64,000 bases of DNA, from assembly GCF_009914755.1 (NCBI RefSeq), contig NC_060926.1, one strand, 5' to 3'. The notes under the pieces are model-generated. The model was not told where the DNA came from, did no database searches, and worked only from the letters and a program-made list of their open reading frames with translations. The first letter of the stretch is position 1; every line of letters starts with the position of its first letter. A program made the position numbers and the translations under genes. The stretch comes from the human T2T-CHM13v2.0 reference genome, Homo sapiens. Positions 28,126-41,789 of the stretch are shown in pieces.

Positions 28126-31100
28126 AAATCGATAGTTTATTCACACATAGGGATGTCATTCAGAGCCCACAGTGTTCAGTTTTCTCTTCTCTTTTCACAT
28201 GGGTAAGTGATGCACTGACCTCATCAGTGGGAATTGTTCTAGTTTATTTTTAAAAGGATTTTGCTGCATCGGGCAGTCAGTGCCATCAAAGAAACCTTGA
28301 TATGCTTGTGCCTTTTGGGGTTGGATAGGGAAAGTGAAACCAAAGGTCAACTACAGAAGCAGAGGCCACTGATGGCTGGATAATGAATGGCCACTGACTT
28401 GATACTACAAACAGAAGAAAAAAGTGGCAAAGCAATGGAACTGTCAGGAACAAGGTAGTCATGAGCCTATTTATTGACTTGATCCTTAGTCAAAAACTTT
28501 GTAAAATTGTTTTAGCAGTAATCTCCCAGTTTTTAGTAGCGGGACTGCAGCTAAAACAATTTCACTTAATAGCAGTTAGATATTATAACTACAACCACCT
28601 GGAACTGTAATTCTCTCACTACCTTCCTTCAATATTTCCACTGTCACAGCTCCTCAACGAAAATAATCTCTTCTTATAGTGGAATTACTGAAATTGATCT
28701 ATCAGTTTATATCCATGAATCAGCAACAAATACATTTTTAAGAAATAATTTCTGTTCTCAACTTAATAGTTTGTTTAAATAACTGACATCTACTTTTGTT
28801 GTTATGGGTATTAGTACATCAAAATCGTGCTTGTTTAGCCTAGTAAGTAAATTATACAATCGTGGTTCATATTTGTTTGTTTCCAAGGATAAAAGAAACA
28901 AATACAGTAAGTTTGGAACGTACTAGGCCCACAGTTGATGGAGTGGCCAAATGAATAAAGGTCTGCTTCCTTCTTTTACTTATGTCTGCACTCTAGCTGA
29001 AACAAAGGGTGAATTTAAGGTAAATCACATGACTTAGTAAAGCTCCTTAGCCCTTTAAAGGCACCTTACAGATCCATGCTCTAACTTCTGGCTTGGCCCT
29101 TTTAGACTATTGCCACCTCTCACATGCCCCCTTTAAGTAGAAAAAAGAGCAAAAAAATGCCTGAGACAACTGTGAAATATTTTGCAAGATTTTAATATTA
29201 ACTGAAGCAAACTTTCATTCCCTTTGTTTAGCAGCCAGCTGTAGCTGACACAAATGTATGTTGCTAGCTGTGAGCCTGCCCTGAGCATGAGATTTTATAG
29301 AAGGGTTTATTTATGGCTAATTTCTTTATCTTTATATTGAATATAATACTTGCTAGTATCTTTCAGCTTGTAATTATTTTGCTTCACATCAAAGAACAAC
29401 ATTAGAAATTAAAGTCCATTCACTGTCATGTATGATTCATAGCCTATGTTATAGATCTTATGAAAGAGGCTCATTTTTCTTTCTTTCCCAGACCTCCTCC
29501 CCTCTTCCCTCTGTTCCCTGCAGCCTAATACCCCCACTTCACATTGTTCAGTTCTTTGGGGATTAGTAAGATATACTAATATTTATTTATCACCAATATA
29601 TAAATGTCAAGGAAAGAAACTTTTTCCTGCCCACTAGCCTGATCCATAATCCAAGGGAACCTTAGTGTCTTTGGCCTCAGCATAATCTTTTACTATGAGA
29701 TTGTTTATGTTGACTTCCTGAGGCCCTTGCTGAATAAGAACAACATACTTGGTACCAAGATGTTTCACTTTCTACTCCTTAGAGTGGAATCCTATAGCAC
29801 TGTGGAACTTATAAATAATTGAGTTATTTTTAAACCACTGGATGTTTTCCAGTCACTCTATTTCACACTGGATTAATTATGTAAGAAAACTGAATTGTTC
29901 CTCATCAGTGTTACAACTTTTAAAAACAACATGCTGTTTAAATTCGGGTTTGGCAACTCTGGCCTGAGCCCCCTCAAATTTATGGCACCACACCCATAAC
30001 ATAATAAAACCTTTAGTGGTCCTTTGTCTTTTAGCTTTCCTTCTATTTTTTCTCAAGGGTGTTTTATGCTGGAAGATGCAAAAAAAAGTTGTCCAGATGT
30101 TATTTGTATCAGAGCAGGATTTCAGTCCAGCTATCTGCGGTTGCAAATGTTTATTTTAATGGGTTATTGTGCAATCCTTGCTGTGTAGACCTTCATGGCC
30201 TTATATGCATGTTCTCAGCAATGCCAGGACATTGTTTTTTAAAATATATCATTTTAGTCCAGTTGAATGATTAGTAGTCACTAGGGGAGCAAAAAATATA
30301 ACACCTGTAGAAACACAGATAATATTTTTGTCAATGCCCCTATGTTGACATTGTGCAAAACTGCCTGATTATGAAATCATGACCAATGGGCTTTAGGTAA
30401 GCAGGAGGAAGGTGTGGTCCAAGCCCTAGCAACAGCCCCAGCCCTCTGAGACTAAGTTACATGGCTGCAGTAAACATGCCAAGGGTGTCGGAAAGAAGCC
30501 CAGCTGCTGCCCCATGCAGTTTGATGGAATGAAGGAAGAGCTTAGCTAAGTCACCATGGTGTGAGCAGCAAGTTTATTTTAGCTATTACAACAAGCACAG
30601 GGCTGGGCTTATTATTCATTTTTAGAATTCTAATAAAATCTTAACTATGTTTCCTTGATACTAAAGTAAATTGTTTACTCTGTATCTAAAAACAAATATT
30701 ATACCCAATGTACCAATTAGCAGTGAAGAATTTCTAGTCCTTAAAATTAATTTTGAAAAGAAATTACATCATGTAGAAATGGATTTGATTTTTAAGAAAG
30801 TGCTAAATTTTAGAGTTATTAGTTTTCTCTGAGAACTTATTTAAAATCAAAGGTTGCTTAGAGTAATCATGTAGTGGACTCATTTGTTGCTGTAAAAGAA
30901 AAACCAACAAAACAACAAAAAGGCAAATTTAAAAGCCCTTAAAATTTAAACTTGCAGTTAGAAAGGATCCCTAAGAAGAAGATTATTCTAGACATTTAAC
31001 ATCAAGGACTAATAAAGCCTCACACTAAAAGTTTTATTAAGCATTTTTGATAGACATGGTAAGCGGATGCTAAAATATTTAGTTCAAAATACATGTTGGA

Positions 31101-31766
31101 GACAGTCTTTTATTAATCAGTTTTGAAGTCAATTAAATATTGGTATAGTTTTCATAGGTATAAGCAGCCCTAATAAGATTTGGTGATTCAGAAATTAGAG
31201 TTTATTATAAGGAAAAGTTTTTTTTCATATTTTAGAAACAGATTTTAGGTTATTTCATATGATATCATGTGTATGCCATTCATCATTATAATAATAGCAC
31301 TGCCCTATATTTGTCTAATAGTTTATAGTATAGAAAGTATTTTAAAATTAACTCATGTCTTTATAGCATTGCATATCTTATGGTGTCATACTTTTATCAC
31401 TCCCCAGAGTTAGAAATATCCTCGAACCATACTTGTTCTTCACAGGTGTGGATACAATGCTATTTCTGTGAGATTTTCCCCCATGCACTCACATTGTTTA
31501 TTGCTCCTACAGATCAAGGGCTAGAACAGAGCCAACACATAAGCTACTCATATGTTGCATTCATATTCTGAATTATAGGACTTGTGTAAACTATTAAATA
31601 ATCTCTTTAATTTGTCTACTAAGATTGCATGTAAAAACAGTTAAATATGGCAAATTTGGCTAAAGAGAACACCAGAAGAGAAGAAATGCATGCTGTCGCT
31701 TTCTCTTTCTGCCTAGGAGGATCTAACTATCACTGTAGTTGAAGCCCTGTGAATGCAAATGCTTGG

Positions 31767-32278
31767 TGTCTTAGTTTGGGTTTCCCCAGAAGCTGAACTA
31801 GACATAAGGGCACGAGGGCAAGCAGTTTATTTGGGAGGTGCAGGAAACACTAGTTGAGGGTGGTAGGGGAGAGGCCCAGGGCAGTGAAGTCATCCATTAA
31901 AGAGTGCTTTATTAAGCTAGCTATCACTGTGTGTGGCTGGAGCTTAATCCTGCAGGGGACCTCTGGAATATAGTAGAAAACACACACCTCAGAATGACCC
32001 CATCTGAGAGGTGAGAAAGTTGAGATATTTACATACCACCTCCTGAGACTCACTGTATGAAGACTTATTGGATAGGGGTGGGGGAAGAGAGTGGCAGTGG
32101 TGATGGTGTGTTCATGTTTGGTATTTCTGAGCTGACATGTGTGCACAGAGTAGCTTTCTTTGGTCCAGAAATGAAAACCCCAGGCACATAGATGCAAATG
32201 ATGGCAGGTGGACACCAGTCAGATCACAGAACCAACTCTGCAGATTAAGGGTAGGGCACTTTATGGCATTTGCTGTGT
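31767..32278 (-). mobile_element. LTR16-family ERVL solo LTR
   Basis: tgtcttagtttgggtttccccagaagc...gcaagcagtttatttgggaggtg...ctggagcttaatcctgcagggg. Confidence 0.72.
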
Positions 32279-32824
32279 TTGAGAAATAAGATATTCTAGG
32301 ATTTAGAGTTTCTAAAGATTCAACGAAATGTGTGCTTTGATTCATGTTGCTAAAATTATTCAAAATATTATTTTTTTAAATGTTCTCAAGTGAATTGTCT
32401 GGGGAATATAAAATATATCCTTCTCTGCAAGTTCAAGGTCAAATGATCCTTTGGTCCTCATTGTAACCATAATTTCTGAAGGAAGAATATCACCCATATA
32501 GATGGCCAAAGATGATGCACTAACCTCAGAGAAATATTTTAGCACTTTGTTCAATTTCGACAGAAAATGTAAAGTCAAACTTGTTTCCTGGGATTTGCTG
32601 CATTCCATTACAAATAAATTATAGTAAAAAATGAAAAGAAATATAATCAGTTGAAGGTTGTGTTATATTAATTTTTGTTAGTCAAGGTTTTATTGTGGCT
32701 GCCTAAAAGAAAGCAGAGCCATTATTCAAGCAATAATTTATTTAACCAACAAGTTTTATATACTATTTACCTTTTATTAGATGACTATAAAATAAATAAC
32801 ATGAAGGTGACCCAGGCCAATGGT

Positions 32825-33030
32825 GAAGGTCTTTGGAGTAGTGGAGGGCTGATTCTGAAAATCAGCTCTGCCACTTTCTAGCTAGGAGGCCTCAAGCAGG
32901 TTACCTCAGTTTCACAAGTCTCAATTTCCTCATCTAGAAAATATGAGTAGGGGACTTAAGGGATTTAATGAGATTATACATGAAAAGCACTTAAGTGCCT
33001 GGCATGTATTAAGCACTAGTTATATGTCAT
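32825..33030 (+). mobile_element. MIR SINE
   Basis: agctctgccactttctagct...tctcaatttcctcatct...aagcacttaagtgcctggcat. Confidence 0.75.
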
Positions 33031-33369
33031 TTTTATAATGGTGGTGATAGGAATGCTAACATGGCTACCATTAAAGTCTTTGCAATCTGCTAAAGGGGGC
33101 AGCTAGAAACACATACATAATGCAGAGCAAATCATGCCTTGCTCTCTGTGATCAGAGGATGAGCGTGATTAAAGACATATTCTTTGAGGAGGTGGGATGG
33201 ATAGGTGAATCTTGGAAGAGAGAAAGGTTTCCAATAGGCGGTGATAGTGTTCAGTACAGGAGGGGTAGGTAAATCAAGGCATAGAGTTCTAAATACAGCT
33301 GGTGGACCTGGAACAGTTGACTACCAAGTGCCCGAGACAGAGCACATATAGCTGATCTCTTAGTATTGA

Positions 33370-34850
33370 ATATTCCCATGTCTCTGCCCTTGGATTCTTC
33401 CCTTCCTATCTACCCTTACGTAGATAGTTAGGTAAACTTATCTAAGTTCCACGTTCCGTGGCTTTAATACTAGCAATTCACCATTGTACCCAAAATTTAG
33501 TTTGAAGAACCCAAATTGAGGTTTCCAGGTAAGCTCTTGTCAATGGACTTCAGTCTGCATTTATATGTATCTACTTGGATATCTAATGAGTATCTTTTGC
33601 AGTTGACATGTACATAAATCAATTATTTATATTTCCTTCTAAAAGTTATCTATTTCCCCATAGTCTTCCCCAGCTCAGTTCCTCGCAACTCCATCTTTCC
33701 AATTGCTCAAGCACCAGATTGTCTGTTCTCCTTCATTATTCTCTATCTCTCAAACCTCACATCCATTTCCTCATCAGATCTGTTATTTCAGATTTCAAAA
33801 TATGTCCACTATCTCTATTGTTACCATCCTGGTGTACTTCCTGGATTACTGCAATAACCTCCAAATATGTCTCATGGCTTCCACTTGAGAACATGAAAAG
33901 TCTCTTCCTGTATTAGTTCATTCTCATGCTGCTAATAAAGACATACCCGAGACTGGATAATTTATAAAATAAAGAGGTTTAATTGACTTACAGTTCAGCA
34001 TGGCCAGGGAGGCCTCAGGAAATTTACAATCATGACAGAAGTGGAAACAAACAAGTCCTTCTTCACATGGTGGCAGGAAGAAGAATGAGCCAAACAGAGA
34101 AAAGCCCCCTATAAAACCATCATATCTCGTGAGAGCTTACTATCATGAGGATAGAACAATGGTAACTGCCCCCATGATTAAATTACTTCCCACCAGGTCC
34201 CTCCCATGATACACAGGGATTATGGGAACTACAATTCAAAATCAGATTTGGGTGGGGTCACAGCCAAACCACATCACTTCATAAGCAGCAGCCAGCTTAA
34301 TTTTATTTGAGTAAGTTGTAGCATACTACTCCTCTTCAAAACACTGTAGGCCCCACCCTGCCCTGCTATTTCATCCAGAGTAAAAGCCAAGTTCTCATAA
34401 TGTCTAGAAAGCCACCCACAATCTCACCTATTGCCTAGGACCTCACTTCTTTACTTATTTCCTTCTTGATTATGTCATTTTAGTCATACCGAGTTCTTTG
34501 TCATTCAACAGATGTGGCTTCACACTCCCAACCTAATGCCTTTCTTCTGCCTATTTCCTCTCCCAGGAACATTACACATCCACACATTTTACTTACCATC
34601 TTAAGTCCTTGCTTAAAATTCATCTTTCTCTGTCACATCCTGGTCACAATGACTCTACTATTTCTTTTTCCATATCTCTTACTTCCCAGTAATACAATAT
34701 AATATTAGTAATTTTATTTCATGTTTATCTCTTCCCGAACCCACTAGGGTATAGCTCCATGAGGGCTGGTGTCATTGTATGTTCTGCTCATATGTTTACT
34801 GAAGGAGTGATCAGCACTTGTAGATGCTCAATACATAAAGAACAAGATAA
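33370..34850 (+). mobile_element. L2 LINE interrupted by a THE1 LTR
   Basis: acttggatatctaatgagtatct...ctggattactgcaataacctcc...agctccatgagggc...tagatgctcaatacat. Confidence 0.75.
33909..34276 (-). mobile_element. THE1C-like MaLR solo LTR
   Basis: tgtattagttcattctcatgctgctaataaagacatacccgagactgg...gggtggggtcacagccaaaccacatca; 5-bp TSD cttcc/cttca. Confidence 0.92.
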
Positions 34851-35099
34851 TTAATGTTCTTTCCTCTTTCTCTTGAAATTTGCTCTTACTCTGTTGGCAG
34901 AAATAGCCCTCTGAATCCACAGTGCCCAGGATTCCTTATTATTTGAAGGGTTTTGTATACAATTTCCATATTCTTTGAAGGTTCTCTCCATTGAGAAATG
35001 GAGTGTGGTATGAAATAAAGAATTGTTATTTAGTCTACACTTTGAAAGACACCTTTTATTTCTGGAAAATTACTAAAGTTAGATCCATATTCAAAAAAA

Positions 35100-35305
35100 A
35101 TCTAATAACATATTGAGTAACTCCAATATGGCAAGTATTGTATGTATTATTTCATTCAAATTTACAGTAATACTGAGTGAGCATCATATCTGCTTTAATG
35201 ATTTGAAAATTAGAGGCCAGAGAAGTTTGGTAATTTGCCAAAATTCACACAGAAAATGAACTGTTCTGGAGTTGGAGCCTAGGTTTTTTCTGACTCCATA
35301 TCACC
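35100..35305 (-). mobile_element. MIR SINE
   Basis: gaaaattagaggccagagaagtttggtaatttgccaaaattcacacag...ctgactcca. Confidence 0.65.
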
Positions 35306-36249
35306 TATTGATCAGCCACCTTGATAAGATAAATTATTAATAGTATATACTATGTGGATATGTATCATGTGGATGTGAGAAAAATTGAAAATGCACAAAG
35401 TCTCTGAATCTAACGAGTAAAGAATAAATACTATTTAAAGAAAATATACCTTTATCTAAGACACTTTATCACATTTCTAACTTACCTTGCTTGTAGGCCA
35501 CCCCACACGGAATATCTTCATAGCTGTAGAGGAGCCTTTGTTAAAGATAAATGAGATCATGGGAATTGAACATTCATATGCAAAAAACCAATTAGTGAAT
35601 TATACTTACTAATTTATGCCAAAGATGTATGGACTATAACAACTTTAGAGTTCAATATACCAACATTTTCAAAGTGCTGTTCAAAGTAGCATCTCATGAT
35701 GTTTGCTGTCTGAAAGTAATCTTTGGAATATTTTATTGCTGGTTTAGATGCTTATTTAAAATTCATTCAAAACTTTGATTTGAACTTCCCAAGAACATTT
35801 TATTCCTGTGCCCTTTTTTAAAACCAAATATTGGCTTTTTTTGTGTGATGCCTTTCCCATTCTCTTGTAACTAACAATGATGTTCTTAAATGTTTCTTTC
35901 ACTCCTTTCTTCATGCATATCAGCTGGATTAGGAGGAAGACGCATCTGCTTACACTTCTATCAACTAATTTTATGTTGTATACTTCAAGTCCAGATTACC
36001 AACTTGTGTCATTTCCTTTCTTCTTTCCCAGTCTCATTTTCCTTTTTCGATGCAATTAAGTAATTATTCAGGAGGGGGAATTTCAAGTTCACTTAAGAAA
36101 AATACATTTTGTTTCTTCACTTCTTTTTTCCCCAGTCTTCTGCCAGCCTAACAAGCATAGCAAGAAGATATAGCCCCACAACCACTTTATGCACAAAGTT
36201 AGAAGCATAAAATCTCATGGAAGGAGACCGATTATCTACAGAAGAGGTT

Positions 36250-36485
36250 GTCTTGCCATTTCTCTCATGTTAGAGGTGAGAAAGTGAGATCCAAAGAGTT
36301 TAAAGGGCTTTCCTAAAGGCATACCACTAGAAAGTGACCGAGCCAGATGAGTAGATTGCAAAAATTTTCTCCCAACCTGCACATTGTGCACATGTACCTT
36401 AAAACTTGAAGTATAATAATAATAATAATAATAAAAGAAAGTGACTGAGCCAAGATGAGCAACTCTCCATTCTCATGCATTCTAT
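36250..36485 (-). mobile_element. MIR fragment hosting a tiny L1 insertion
   Basis: agaggtgagaaagtgagatccaaagagtttaaagggctttcctaaaggcataccactagaaagtg. Confidence 0.6.
36346..36435 (+). mobile_element. 90-bp L1PA insertion with 5' inversion (twin priming), 17-bp TSD
   Basis: TSD agaaagtgac(c/t)gagcca at 36329-45 and 36436-52; antisense ORF2 piece gatgagtagattgcaaaaattttctccca followed by sense 3' end acctgcacattgtgcacatgtacc...gtataataat. Confidence 0.92.
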
Positions 36486-37514
36486 CTTATGAGTTAGGTT
36501 ATTTTATTTTTAGAAATTAGGGAACTGATGCGACTTGACTTCTTACTACTACTATGCCCACAGAAGTGTAGGGGTATCAATTATTATTAAGGGCTTATTG
36601 ATGCTTCCCCACATGGGCATGTTAGCACATTACAATTTGGAGAAGCAAAAATATTTGCCTCTGAAACTTCAGATTTATTTGAGAAAGCTAACATCTGAAA
36701 AGAGAAATCCATGTCTCAATTTCCAAGAGTCAATGTAACACTCTCTGTGGGTTTTCTTGTCTCTTTAAAAAATCCGTATATGTAGTAAACAAAACCGAGA
36801 GTTAGCTTCATATGCTTTCCTTTTTAAACCATACTGTAGAAAATAGGTTAGAAAAATCAAATTAGATAGCAAGATTTCCAGTGAGATACCTTTGCTCATC
36901 TTTAGTTTATCTTCTGCAACTGAGTGTGCATGAAACAGTTCACCCACTGCTCTAGCTGTCATGGTTTAGTGCAGTTCCACAGAGTGATCCTGTTTTAACC
37001 TAACCTTCAATTTGCTGGGGTTTGAACTCTGAATAATAGCTTGTGAACATAGTTTAACAGCCAGTACAAGGGCTTCCTTTGAATTTTTAATCATATGAAT
37101 TAAATATTGCTAGAGATGCTTTTTAAGATGTTCTCCTAAAAATGATCTAATGTATAGAAGGTCAAGTATGGATCAGCCTAAGGAGACTGAAACGCAAAGG
37201 TAGCAGGACTGGGGACACCCATAGGCTACACACTTTGCTCATCAAATTGAGATAGCAACTGCAAAGCATTCATTAAAAATTACATCTTAAGCAATCTTCA
37301 CATTATATACTATTATGCTGTTCAAATGTATAACATATATTGTATAGTCGTCTTCAGATTGTCATTACTCAAATAGAGGTAAGCGTAGCTTCAAAAGATC
37401 CATTATGTCAAAACCTTAAATTGGCACAGAAACAAATCAGATGGCAATTAACATACTAAAGGACTATTTGATTATGACTATAGAATTTCTTAAAAACTGC
37501 AAGTTCTCTTAATG

Positions 37515-37760
37515 CAGTGTTTTTCAAATGATAACATTTTTGTGAAATTTAGTGAATGCTGAAATTAATTTAATAGAATTCAACCAACACTTTTTAAGGG
37601 ACAAAACAGAATAGAACAGAAAATGTCCGAATGTGTCTGATATCATACAGTTAAATTATTTTGTGGAATTTTGTTTTAGCTATATATGTGTGTGTTTTTG
37701 TCCTGGGTAATGTTGCATTTTTTTTTCAAATTCTGTTTAGAAATAGTTTGAAAAATATTG
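37515..37760 (+). mobile_element. hAT-Charlie MITE (MER112-like)
   Basis: ends cagtgtttttcaaa / tttgaaaaatattg; internal aacagaatagaacagaaaat and tatatatgtgtgtg. Confidence 0.6.
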
Positions 37761-39437
37761 GCTCAGAATATATGAATTACATTTGTATTACCAAAATTCT
37801 TACTATTCTAATTTATTTTCTTAGGGATATATCTAGCACATATAATGAGTCATGTAGAGAATAATAATATTGAGACATAGCAAAGTTCAGTTTTTTAACA
37901 ACTTCCAGAAAAATTCCCAGACTAGGTAAAGTGCTTTGTAGTGAGAAAATATATTTCGCCTTAGCATTGGTTGGTTTTTCAACTATAAACATGTGTGAGT
38001 ATGAGCATTTTACTAAAACCTTTTCTTTATTATTTATTCTAGCATGAGTTTTCTTACATACTAAAATTTATGGGGAATAAATTCAGTACACCTGGATATA
38101 TTCTTGCTTTACCATGTGAGCAGACTGCTGCTTTGGGGTGTAGGATGATGCTTTTTTTTTTTTAACTTATATCTGGCTTAACACACTTCATAAAGTATAA
38201 AAACAACTATTAACTAGTTAGAATCATTTGACCAAAAAACAGAGAAAAGAGAAGTTAAACAAGAAACACACACACAAAATCAGGGCATTTGGTGCAATAA
38301 GTCATGAGCCTCTCTAATTTATAATTCTGTGACTTCTGTAATGGGTTAATCCCCTAGTATACATGATGCAGTGTACTGCTGGTTGTCTGGATTTGCACAG
38401 TCAAGCTTTCTTCTCATAAACAGAAAGATGCATGTGTTCCTTTTGCCCCCCTCCACCTCCTCTTTCTAAGGATGAATATCTGTGAGTAGTGTGGATCATG
38501 TACTAATGATTTCAAAGGTTGAAGAAAAAAATAGTGATATATTTAATTCTTAAGAAATAGTACAGCTCTTCATTCCATAAATACATGACTTACTTATTCC
38601 CCTTTCTGACATTGAATCTTAACAAGACTATTGAGAACAAAACTTTACCTTTGTTTGTGGCTCAGTATAGGCTGTATTTGTTTTAATTTTTAAAAACAAT
38701 TTGATTAACTGCATAAAACCAGGTAAGTACAGAGAAAGAAATGAAGACAGTTCCATTCATTGAAAGGGCTCTGGACTGGCCATAGGACAAGAAAATGCAC
38801 TGAGACAATGGATTCAATAAACTGATATGGCTCATTGTGGTGAGGCAATAAGGCAAGAAGTAACAGAGGAGAACAGATTTTGGATAGCTTTTGAATACTT
38901 TTCTTGCCATGTGATGAAATGGTTGCTTAAAGCAGCTGGCTGCATTTAATTATTTTTATTTCAATTTTGTTTTTTAAAATGTGGTTACTTCATAGACACA
39001 TTTATTTTCCAACATCAGCTCCTTAGTAGTATAATATAGAATGCCTCATTAGCAATGGAAAATGGGCTTAAGTTTGTAGCAGGAATGTCCTGAATAATGT
39101 TTTTAGATGTGGAAGAAGTTAGCAAGGGAGATTATAGAACCTCTCACTTCCCCCTGGAGATCTTTAAAACAAGTAAATCTTTTTATTTAATCCACAAATT
39201 TTACATCAGATCTATCCTCATTTACTGGTGCTGCCTTTGCTTTACTAAGTTCTCTTCCTTTGTTCTTCCTCATGCTGCCTTTGCTTGGAGAAGCTTCATG
39301 AAAGAAGAGAAATAAGCCTTGGCTTGAAGGAGGCTATGGGTATTGCTCTAGCAAATAGAATGCCTACATTGCAACCCATTTCTCTCTAGGTTCCAATCTA
39401 GTTTTCTCATTTATCATTTAAGGGAGTTGGATTAGTG

Positions 39438-39620
39438 CATCAGTTTTCAAAATGTAGTCTCTGGACCAGCAGTATTAGAAGCACCTGAGAGCTTGTTAAA
39501 AATAGAAATGTTCAGGTCCCATACCAAATTAACTGAATGAGAAACCATGGGAGTTCAAGGGAATGTTGAACTGCTGTACACTCAGATATGGCATGTTCTA
39601 TCACAATTGAAAGACCTGAG
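39438..39620 (+). mobile_element. MER5A-like MITE
   Basis: ttttcaaaatgtagtctctggaccagcagtattagaagcacctgagagcttgttaaaaat. Confidence 0.72.
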
Positions 39621-39814
39621 CCATTCAATCAAATACATGAAAAACACAGTGAAAACAACAATAGAATACTACATGAGCAGACAAAATTCCTTACCTGGCA
39701 GTGTCCACTGCCCAGTAAGACCCAAATGTTTGCACGTTGAGTGTTTGCTCACACTTATTTAAACCAAAAGGATTATTTGTCCTAGATGGCTCAGACACAG
39801 TTCATCTATGGTCA

Positions 39815-39930
39815 ACAAACTCAGTCAAAAATATTCATTGAGTACCTTGCATGTGCTGTGCACTGTGCTGGGCACAGAGGATACACTGGGAAGATGGTAG
39901 GCACCGGACAACTTCACCCTGTCCTCTGCA
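39815..39930 (-). mobile_element. L2 3' end
   Basis: aatattcattgagtaccttgcatgtgctgtgcactgtgctgggcacagaggataca. Confidence 0.7.
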
Positions 39931-41199
39931 GAGATGAAAAAAAAAGCATTTCAAGAGCTGAATCAGGCACTTTGGCTGCTGATGCCACCAAAAAAGACAA
40001 CAACAAGAACAAAAAAACTTTTTTATTTTTCCAGTAGTTTCTACCCTGCAGGTGGAAGAGCCTTTCCTACCAGAGAGGATGCTTATATCCCCCCGATGAA
40101 ATTTCCTCAGCCTAACAGTATGTTTACTAAGAATGCTATCTTTAGGGCATTCTAAAGAAAGGCAAACTACAGTACCAGAAAGTGCCGCAGCTGAGATGTT
40201 TGCATGCGCCTCTAACTCAAGTCTGAAGGGTGAAGCTGAAGCATCGGCCGCAGCTGGAAGAATGGGGAGCAGAACACTGGCAGTGGGCAAAATGGTTATT
40301 CATTTCCTCTCTTGTGATCTTTCATCTTTCATTTTTGTGAATCTCAATGCATAGTTGAGACTTTTCCCAGATTCACAATCAACTCTGATTATCTGCCTCC
40401 TCTCTCCACTTTTCCCTTTTTAGTTTCTTGGATGCTGTTAGAGGAAAAAGATAAAAACTATCTGGCATGGAACATTCTTGCCTTTCTTCCTTTTTTTTTA
40501 GGTCACTTAGTATTTGTCTAAGATTTGAGAAAAAGAAGACAGTGAGACCAAAGGATAAAGAGAGGCAGAAAGTGTTGTTTCTCTTCAAATATGTTTTTCA
40601 TCTCTGACCTCAGATAAAAACTTTGTAGTGCTTCCAGACATAATATTTACATAATTTTAAGCAGGTAGTGATTCTTTTGGTGACAAAATTATTATACAGT
40701 GTATATCCCTGCTTATGCTCTTATGGTTTCATAGCCTTTTATTTTCCTTGAGATTTAATATATGTGGACGATTTGGTCTGAGTGAACAGCCTAGCAACAG
40801 TTTGATTGCTTTAAGCTACTCATAAATTTTTGCTTACCTGAGCATCAACTCTTAAAGTCTCCATAATTATTCTAATCCTCTGTACGAAACAACAAGATTC
40901 ACATAGTTGTTGAGGATTTCCTAAGTGCAGTATACTGAGAGGCACAGCTTGGGCTGCAGCCTCAGAGCTCCATAATCCTTGAGGCTAGTTTCTTCTTCAT
41001 CCTGCACAGAGGTTTCCGATGGTCTGCTTCAAGTCTTACTCAGGGAAGAGATTTACCAATAAATGAAATATACATGGAAAGTTATGTGGCTAGATTTTGA
41101 AAAAAATAAAAAAGCTTCAAATTAGAGGGAGAGTGGATATATAAAATGATAGAATCACAATCCCTGCTGCCTTCAGCCCCCCAACTACAGATACTAAAA

Positions 41200-41740
41200 G
41201 GTACTGAGAAATGATAAACCACCAGGATGACCAGGCTAGCTCTAATATAAATACATGTGATGGGAATAATGTAAGATCCTACACCTGAATTCAAAACCAA
41301 AATGCACAAAGAACTGGGGGGGATATGACTTAGCAACAGCATGTGTGAAAGTGTCTTAGGCATTTAGTTGACAATCAACTCAGTGGGAGTTAACAGTAAT
41401 GTGGCTGCCAAAAAAGGCTGATGGGCCCCGAGGCTGCATTAATAGAAGTGTTGTGCAAGAATAAGGGAGATAATGGTGCCACTCTGCCTGATGCTTTACA
41501 CACAACACTTGAAGGGTGCAGTCAGCCCTATGGGCTCCACATGGACCCATTTGCAAGGAATAGTGACAGTTAAAGACAGTGTGCACTATAGCACAGCACG
41601 TAAGGAACAGTTGAGGGAACTGAGAAGGCTTACCTTTAGAAAAGTCTTGAGAAGGACATGGTGCCTTGAATAACAGACTTGGCAAAAAAAAAAAAGGGGG
41701 GGGTTAGAGTTACTCTGCATGATCAAGAAGAAAGAGAACC
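41200..41740 (+). mobile_element. L3/CR1 LINE ORF2 relic
   Basis: aatgtaagatcctacacctg...ttagcaacagcatgtgtgaaa...ttagttgac...atgtggctgccaaaaaaggc...ggctgcattaatagaagt...ggaacagttgagggaactg. Confidence 0.8.
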
Positions 41741-41789
41741 ACATTGTAGAATCCTTGGAGGGATAAACTAGAAAAATAATATAGGCATG

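Noticed and set aside
28900-30650. Repeat-poor region with scattered SOX, RFX and HOX-like motifs
   Set aside because: Short motifs alone are not evidence; conservation or chromatin data would be needed.
39690-39719. 14-bp-arm hairpin containing cttacctggcag (U1 5'-end-like)
   Set aside because: Only ~12 nt match U1 and the rest of the snRNA is absent; a 12/14 hairpin can arise by chance.
39835-40290. 151-aa minus ORF
   Set aside because: No recognisable domain, low-complexity segments, ends inside an L2 fragment.
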